Part shown: positions 47,689-64,000 of the stretch, one piece after another
How positions within the stretch are numbered: the stretch's first letter is position 1
How the letters are laid out: each line of letters begins with the position of its first letter
The notes under the pieces: generated by a model
Told to the model about the DNA's origin: nothing
What the model saw: the letters and a program-made list of their open reading frames with translations, nothing else
Databases searched by the model: none
From: the human T2T-CHM13v2.0 reference genome, Homo sapiens
Direction: 5' to 3' (one strand)
Length of the DNA: 64,000 nt
Assembly (NCBI RefSeq): GCF_009914755.1
Contig: NC_060928.1
Position numbers and translations under genes: made by a program

Positions 47689-49385
47689 AATGTACTGAAT
47701 TTTAAACACCAGAGTCTACCAGTGTATTAACTTGTGCTGCTAGGTCACTCGTTTGTTTGAGCACAGACCTTAGACAAAAACTTCTGCTGCCATCGATGTG
47801 CAGATACCTTGTTTTGGTGGGGAGTTTAATCACTTAATACATGTGGTTCAGTTAAAGCAAAATCCAGTTATTTCCTCCAGAGTAATACCTATTCTGAATA
47901 GCAAAATTTTTATATATTGCCTACCTGTAGTTATCTTGAAAGACATTTATCACATCTTCAAGAAGTACTTCAAGTGGCCACATATCACTTCCATAGCTTC
48001 TGAAGACAAGGATCGAAGGACTATTTTAACAGTGAATAATGAAAGAAATGAAGCCCACTAATTCATCATACCCGGTTTTCTCCTCCAAGTTTGCTTTAGA
48101 ACATTCTAAACAAAATCATAAGGGACAACAGAGAGCTCAAAGCCACCAACTCAGCGGGGAAGGCAGATCATACCTCCCTGCTATGCAGTGCAGAGTCCCT
48201 CGTTGGTGCACAGTCAGTGGTAGAAAACAATTGCCCAATATTTTGGTGTGATTATTCCAGCTGTCTGGAGGGTATGGCTCTCAGAAAACTATCCACTCAT
48301 TTTATTTAGTCTGGTGCAATACAGCTTTAACCCACTGTCCTTTTTCATATGTATTAATGTCTTTCAGGAACATTTGAGTGAATCCATCATATAATATCCT
48401 GATAGATCCTACATTTTCACAAGAGGAACATTAAAAAATCATTGTCGCTTGTCAATATTGCATTTCTTGTGATCTTCACGCCTACCTACATGTTTTAAAA
48501 GTAGAAGAGAAATAATAATTTATCTCTTGAACTTGCTTCAACCTGGACATTTTCCATTGTATTTAGAGAGTGAAGACTGCTTCAGAGATACAAAGCTAAC
48601 ATCAGAACCTTTCTAAGAGACTGACATATTCCTATTCCAGGTTAGGTATGAAAGGTGAAGTCACAAATTAGATATTTTCCTTTGAATCTGATCTTTCTGA
48701 ATTGTGCTAAAATAGCTCTCGCTGTGTTGACATCTACAGTCAATGAAGAATACGCCACAGAGTTCTAATAGGTTACATCCTTTGAAAAAAGGATAAACTG
48801 TTGTGCCCCCCAGAAATTTAAGTGGCTTAAATATATTAGTTTAATTCTCTCTCACAAAAAGCCTGAAGTCTCAGAGAGAATGTCCAATTCTGTAATTTCC
48901 TGCATGTCTCAAGGTGTTTATTTTATCTCTACACTAGGATGGGCATAGATTACTAGGGTCTTTTCTCTATACCTTTGAAGATACGGCTTTATTGTCTTTC
49001 AGCACAGCAATATATAGGTATTAATAGAATTCTCATTCCTTTGGACTGTAATCTGTTCTTATTTTTTTCTCTCTAGAGGCTTTATCCTGAGTGTTCTGGT
49101 TTTTCATTGCCATGTGTCTAGGTATTGGTCAGGACCTGGTGGGGCCCTTTCAATCTGTTTTTCATCAGCTCCAGGGAAATTTATTTTGTATTTATTTGTT
49201 CTCTCCCTCTGGTATGCTTTTTAGACATACAGATGTCTGAATCTCTCCTCCATGCCTTTCATTGTTTTCTTTCATAGTTAGCAATTTTTTTGTTTTATAG
49301 TTATGCAGCTCAGAAAGATTCTTCAACTCAAACTTGGAAATCACTAATTGGCTCTCCAGGTCTGACTATTCCTGCTATCTAATAC

Positions 49386-51613
<2,228 letters not shown>

Positions 51614-51995
51614 TTATATAAAACCAAGTATAACAATGCTTATATATTTTTGGTGTTACTTCTTGTCATAATGAGATGGAGTTCAAAAGCTGCAGTGATG
51701 CTTGTGTGGAAGGGCTCTCACAAATGAAAGCATAAAGTCAGGAGGGCCTTACCTTAGTCCTTCCTGAAAAAATACCAGTATGGAGATTGGAGGAGAGGGT
51801 GGCTAGGTTTGAAAAGGCTCATACTTGACCAAAACATGGGTGTGCTCCAACAGAAAAGCCTCTTTTGGGTGGTTGTTTAAATTTATAATGCAAAGCAGAA
51901 GAGGCTTGGACATTAGAAAGATCTTGAAGCTAAGCATCTTAGAAATGGGCCAGCTGGCTTGTAGCTTGAAAAGAATCTAAAAAGAAAAAAAAATA

Positions 51996-58124
<6,129 letters not shown>

Positions 58125-59056
58125 AAAAGAAAAAATAATAAAACCTGACACCACACTGGAATTACTGACATTTTACTGTTTTAAAGCCTTATAAGAAGAA
58201 ACTGCAGATACATTCTTTGATGCTTCAGCATAGTCAGATGACACCTTCAAAAATTCCACATTTGAATCTTTGATTTGCCTAAAGTTTAATTTGGTTTAAA
58301 GCAATAGCTAGAAATCAGCTCTCTATTTATATTTATAATATAAAATATATATTATAGATAGAGTGCTCAATATACATATATGTAGAGAGAGAGAGAGAGG
58401 GTCTTGCTCTATTGCCCAGGCTGGAGTGCAGTAGCATGTGATCTCAGCTCACTCTAGCCTCATACTCCCAGGCTCAAGTGATCCTCCCACCACAGCCTCC
58501 TAAGGAGCTGGGACCACAAGTATGCGCCACCAAGCCTAGCTAATTTTTTAATTTTTTGTAGAGACGGGGTCTTGCCATGCTGTCCACGCTAAGCTTAATA
58601 TTTTTCTAAATGGCGTGGTAGCCATTTGTCTCAATTCCATTCACTGAGTTATCCATCTTTTCCACTGTGACTTGAAGTGTCATCTGTATTAGCTGTTTTC
58701 TCTGCTTACCCCACTTCTCTGTCTTCTGAAGAACCAAAACCCAAACCTAAACCCTATATCCTGCTCATAGGGGTGAGAAATGGACCCACAAGGGACTAAT
58801 GAGAACCCTTCCTGGGGATTTTTCTAACTAGAGTTGACAGCAGAGAGCTCTTTTTGCTTTCATCTTGAAGCCATAAGGAAGCAAGTCTGGTGCTGCCCCA
58901 CAAAGAAGAGATGGTGAGTATGGACGGTGTTAGGATTCTCTGGTTCTAACTGCCCTAAGGCCAATTCTATTGCTGCCTACTGTTTGAGAGCATGGCCACT
59001 AAATGTCCCTTTTCGCTTAAGCTACATATGCTTGCATTTCTATTACTAAAAACTGA

Positions 59057-60021
<965 letters not shown>

Positions 60022-61541
60022 GAATCAGAGCTTTACTTAACTAGTAAACCTGGGGTTTCTAGACTTTAAAAAAATCCTCAAGACTGGACTATGGCCCATT
60101 GTGAATGCAACTCAGAGGCTGGTCCAAACAGCCAGCAGGCTAGCCAGCTGCTGTTTCACAATCTTTTTAGCTGCAACAAATGTAACATGTGCGGCGAAGC
60201 CCAGAATTCTACTAGGACATTAGGATGCCATACTTTGACATATGTAAGGAAATGCAGGGATGGGAGTGGGGCAAGCATGATGGAATGTAATGCTAAAGAT
60301 AAAATCAAGGACAGGTGTAAGGAACACTTAGGAAGGAATAAAATGGACAAATTTACCAAGACACTATTGTATAATGATTAAGTGTGTGGATGTTACACTG
60401 GGGCTGCATGGGTCTGAATCCTCGCTCTGTGACTAACTAGTTTATGACCTTGGGAAAGTTACTTTAGTTTCTCTGTGTGTCAGTTTATTCATCTGTAAAA
60501 TGAGGATAATAATAGTACCTGTCTTACAGGTACAGGTAATATAAGAATTAAATTAGTTAATTCATATAAAGCACTTACAAGAGTTCCTGGCACATAGATA
60601 TTTTCTGTGTATTTACCTAGTACTCTAGGTAAATGACTAGCAGATTATAATGGCCTAAAATGTTAAGGCACAAATAACTTAGACTATGGATCTATTGCAA
60701 AGTTTCCAAAGGATGTTTCTTAGGTGGGTTAATCATTAATCAAACAAGTTCAGTACTCATAAATATTGCTAGTTAACACTTTCTTTCTTGCACTAGTGTC
60801 ATCTACATTTGAGCTATGATTGTGAAAAGGGAGAGGCAATATTTAAATTGTGTTTAAAGAAAAGCTTCCAATTGTTAATTGTGGGTAGTATTCATTCTTC
60901 TCTGAGATTCCTACTTCGTGCAGTGAAGTGTGTGGGTGCTGGTCGCATACACACATGCAGGACTTGGACATCCAGATTATAAAGTAGCGGCAGCAAAAAG
61001 ACCTGGGTATAAATGCGGGGTCTATGATGCTTATAGGAGGGAAAGAGCACCCAGATATGGGGTAGGGGTGAGGATGAACCTGGAATAATTTCATAGAAGA
61101 GACAGTATTTTAGCATTTTTTAGTTAATCCTTGAAGTATTAGTGCATTTTAAAGATAATTTTCATGCATTGGAAATAATATAAAGCAGTTAGGAAATGGA
61201 GGGTTTGGAAATCCTAAGAAAAATTCTGGGGATTTCAAATAGTCCAATTTGATGAAAGAAATGGGTAAGAGAATAATGAAAGATCTGGATAAAAAGGTTG
61301 AGCACAATGTTGATGAAGTTGAATTTCATTTTGTGGTGGACACTATAGTCTGTTTAGCAGAGAAATAATGTGTAAGTATTCCAAAGAATGAATTGTTAGT
61401 GGGAAGAGGTATATTCAAACATTATTCGTAGTTCTTAATGTATAACTGAAATGTATTTTTTCATTTATAAAGTATAAGTTATCTTTAATAACACACATGT
61501 ACAATAAATAATTCATATATGAAAATTCTCATCAGATAGCT

Positions 61542-61649
61542 TCATGCTTTGTCAGTGGAAGAAGCCACAGCACCAGGGAAATCAGAAGGCAATCTTAGTA
61601 ACTCTTCTACCTCTTCTTGCAGGGCTTCTGCTTTTTCATGCAACAGCAT
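61542..61649 (-). CDS. Candidate terminal coding exon of an unidentified gene extending beyond the right edge ([35 protein letters not shown])
   Basis: Acceptor cttaattttttaatgtag, 35 open codons with helical character, TGA at 61544-42, and an ATTAAA poly(A) signal at 61489-84. Gene not recognised. Confidence 0.6.
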
Positions 61650-62344
61650 CTACATTAAAAAATTAAGACGTGAGGCCAAAATATGCATTGCTAGAGAATT
61701 GCCAACAATTTTACCACTGTCCATTGAACACCTGAATCCTTACACATCAGAAATCTAGACATTAAAACTATAATGAGATTGAAAAATGGCCACTTAAGAA
61801 TAAACGATTATAGTCAATGAAGATGAGGCATTTAGTTAAAACCATTTTAGCTGATCACTGCCTTTTAGTATACCAAAAATAAAGGAGCTTTAATTCTCCC
61901 AAAGATTTGTTTTATTGAAGACTCAGCCACTTAAAAATTAACTTTTAATCTATAAAATCTAAGACAATTTTGCAAAAATTTAATTAGCTCCTGAAAAATG
62001 TTATCCTTTATATATATGCATTTTATTATTCCTCAAAATTTAGTATGCTTTAAAAAGCTACCAGTATTTCAAATAAAAGTTTTATTCAAGTTCCTAAACT
62101 TAAAACTGTTAATTTCAAAAGCAACATAATGAGCAAAAAAAGTATTTCCAAACATGGCATATGAAAGATGTCAATGAATTTTTACCAAATAATAAGCTAT
62201 ATAGATCAATAAGAATAATAAGTAAACTACACAAAACCCTTGTGTTAGTATTACTATAATACAGAGAATATCAAGAACCTCAAATTACTTGTTTAAAAAA
62301 GCCCACCAATTTGTGGAAGAATAAATTCCGCTCCCCCCCACCCG

Positions 62345-63660
62345 CCTTTTTTTCTTTTTTAGACGGAGTCTTGTTCTGTCGCCTGGCTGGAGCACGGTGG
62401 CGTGATCTCAGCTCACTGCAACCTCCGCCTCCCAGGTTCAAGTGATTCAGAAGGCCTCAGCCTTCTGAGTAGCTGGGACTACAGGCATGCACCACCACAC
62501 CCAGCTAATTTTTGTATTTTTAGTAGAGATGGGGTTTCACCATGTTGGCCAGGATGGTCTCCACTGCTTGACCTCATCATCTGCCTGCCTCAGCCTCCCA
62601 AAGTGCTGGGATTACAGGTGTGAGCCACCATGCCCAGCCTCTTTTTTTTTTTTTAATTAGAAAAAATTTAAAAAGCTTTTTTTGTAGAGACTGGATCTCC
62701 CTATGTTGTCCAGGCTGTTCTCAAACTCTTGGGCTCAAACGATCCTCCTGCCTTGGCCTCCCAAAGTGCTGGGATTATAGTGTGAGCCACTACACTCAGC
62801 CAAAACCAGTTTCTTGAGCTCCCACCCAAGTGTTTGCAGAGATCCAGATGGGGTTGAGAAAAAAAAAACACATGAACAAGATAAGAGGGAAATAGAGGGT
62901 CTAAAATGAAATAAGATCACCTCCAGAGAGAAAAAGCCTACCCAAATATAAAAATACTGAAAAAAGAATGTTGGTTGATTAAAGCATTGTTTATAGGAAG
63001 ATATTTAAAATGCATGTGGGACTCTAGGAGGCAGTCTTCGAAAGGCAATGCTTTTAGGGGAGAGAATGGGTGAAAAGGGAGGTGCCTTTTGGAAGCTCAG
63101 CCATGAGAGGAAGAGGAAAAAAGGACAAAATTTACAATCTTGTAGGGCAAAAGGAAATTAAACAAACAAACAAACAAACTTGCATTCCTCTCCCACCCCA
63201 AGTCATCCATTAAAGAAAAATACTTTGCTACTCTGACAGAAGAGAACACTCTTGAACTGGGATCTCATAAATCATTCCAAATGACTGTGTTGTCCAAGAT
63301 ATGCAGAGGCACAAGCAGTTCTCATCTATACAAAACTACTATATAAAAAGAAAACAAGGCTGGGCATGGTAGCTCATGCCTGTAATCCCAGCACTTTGAG
63401 AGGCCAAGGTGGGCAGACCATGAGGTCAGGAGATCGAGACCATCCTGGCTAACACAGTGAAACCCCATCTCTACTAAAAATACAAAAAAAAATTTAGCCA
63501 GGCAAGGTGGCCGGCGCCTGTAGTCCGAGCTACTTAGGAGGCTGAGGCAGGAGAATGGCGTGAACCTGGGAGGCGGAGCTTGCAGTGAGCCAAGATTGCA
63601 CCACTGCACTCCAGCCTGGGCAAGAGAGCGATACTCTGTCTCAAAAAAAAAAAGAGAAAA
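62345..63660. mobile_element. Alus: 62345-62640 (-), 62670-62802 (-, monomer) and 63357-63660 (+, AluY-like)
   Basis: Alu consensus and subfamily diagnostics. Confidence 0.9.
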
Positions 63661-64000
63661 GAAAACCAATAAGAACCCAAACTCTTCATCTCATAAAAAT
63701 TTCCCTTCCTGAAAGCAAACCATGAAGCAGAAAAACTGTAACACAACACTCCAAACAAAATTAAATATTCTCAAATAAAAATCTGGAGATATGAGGAGGA
63801 GTAGAAATGCTCTCTAAATAAGAAGTTAAAAAACTAAGAACCGACATGGACAAAAACTGGAAGAAATGATACAAAAGTTGACTGAGCTCAGGAATGAAAT
63901 AAAAGAAAAAGGCAAAATCATATTAGAAATAAAAACTAATAACTATAACTAAATAACTGGGTGTCCATAGAAAAACAGATTTAAATAAAAAACCTAATTA

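Noticed and set aside
60843-61094. 83-aa ORF VHPHPYPISGCSF... as a real last exon
   Set aside because: It needs the weak GAG|gtagaa donor at 61611. The other frame gives a symmetric 165-nt exon in phase with its neighbours. Cannot be excluded as a minor isoform.

Overview
Primate (human-like) genomic DNA dominated by interspersed repeats: about 40 Alu/FLAM copies, three MaLR proviruses (THE1/MST), many ERV1/ERVL solo LTRs (MER41, MER4-, MER34-, LTR18-, LTR47-, MLT2A-like), an HSMAR2 mariner, and a full-length but disrupted L1PA (51996-58124). There is also a processed pseudogene of C18orf21 (RMP24). Most ORFs in the supplied track are repeat artefacts. The main non-repeat signal is a chain of splice-site-bounded, stop- and frameshift-damaged exons on the minus strand from about 61.6 kb to 13.6 kb. 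Their translations follow, in order, the domain layout of GREB1/GREB1L (Cys-containing N-terminal region, permuted SF2-helicase-like middle, TAGT glycosyltransferase-like end) but are far more divergent than either gene. I interpret this as a dead third GREB1-family gene whose upstream part may survive as a truncated gene ending at 61542. That homology was judged by eye against remembered sequences. Individual matches are weak and the support comes from collinearity and splice phase, so it needs a profile search. Repeat family names and repeat boundaries without a stated target-site duplication (TSD) are approximate.
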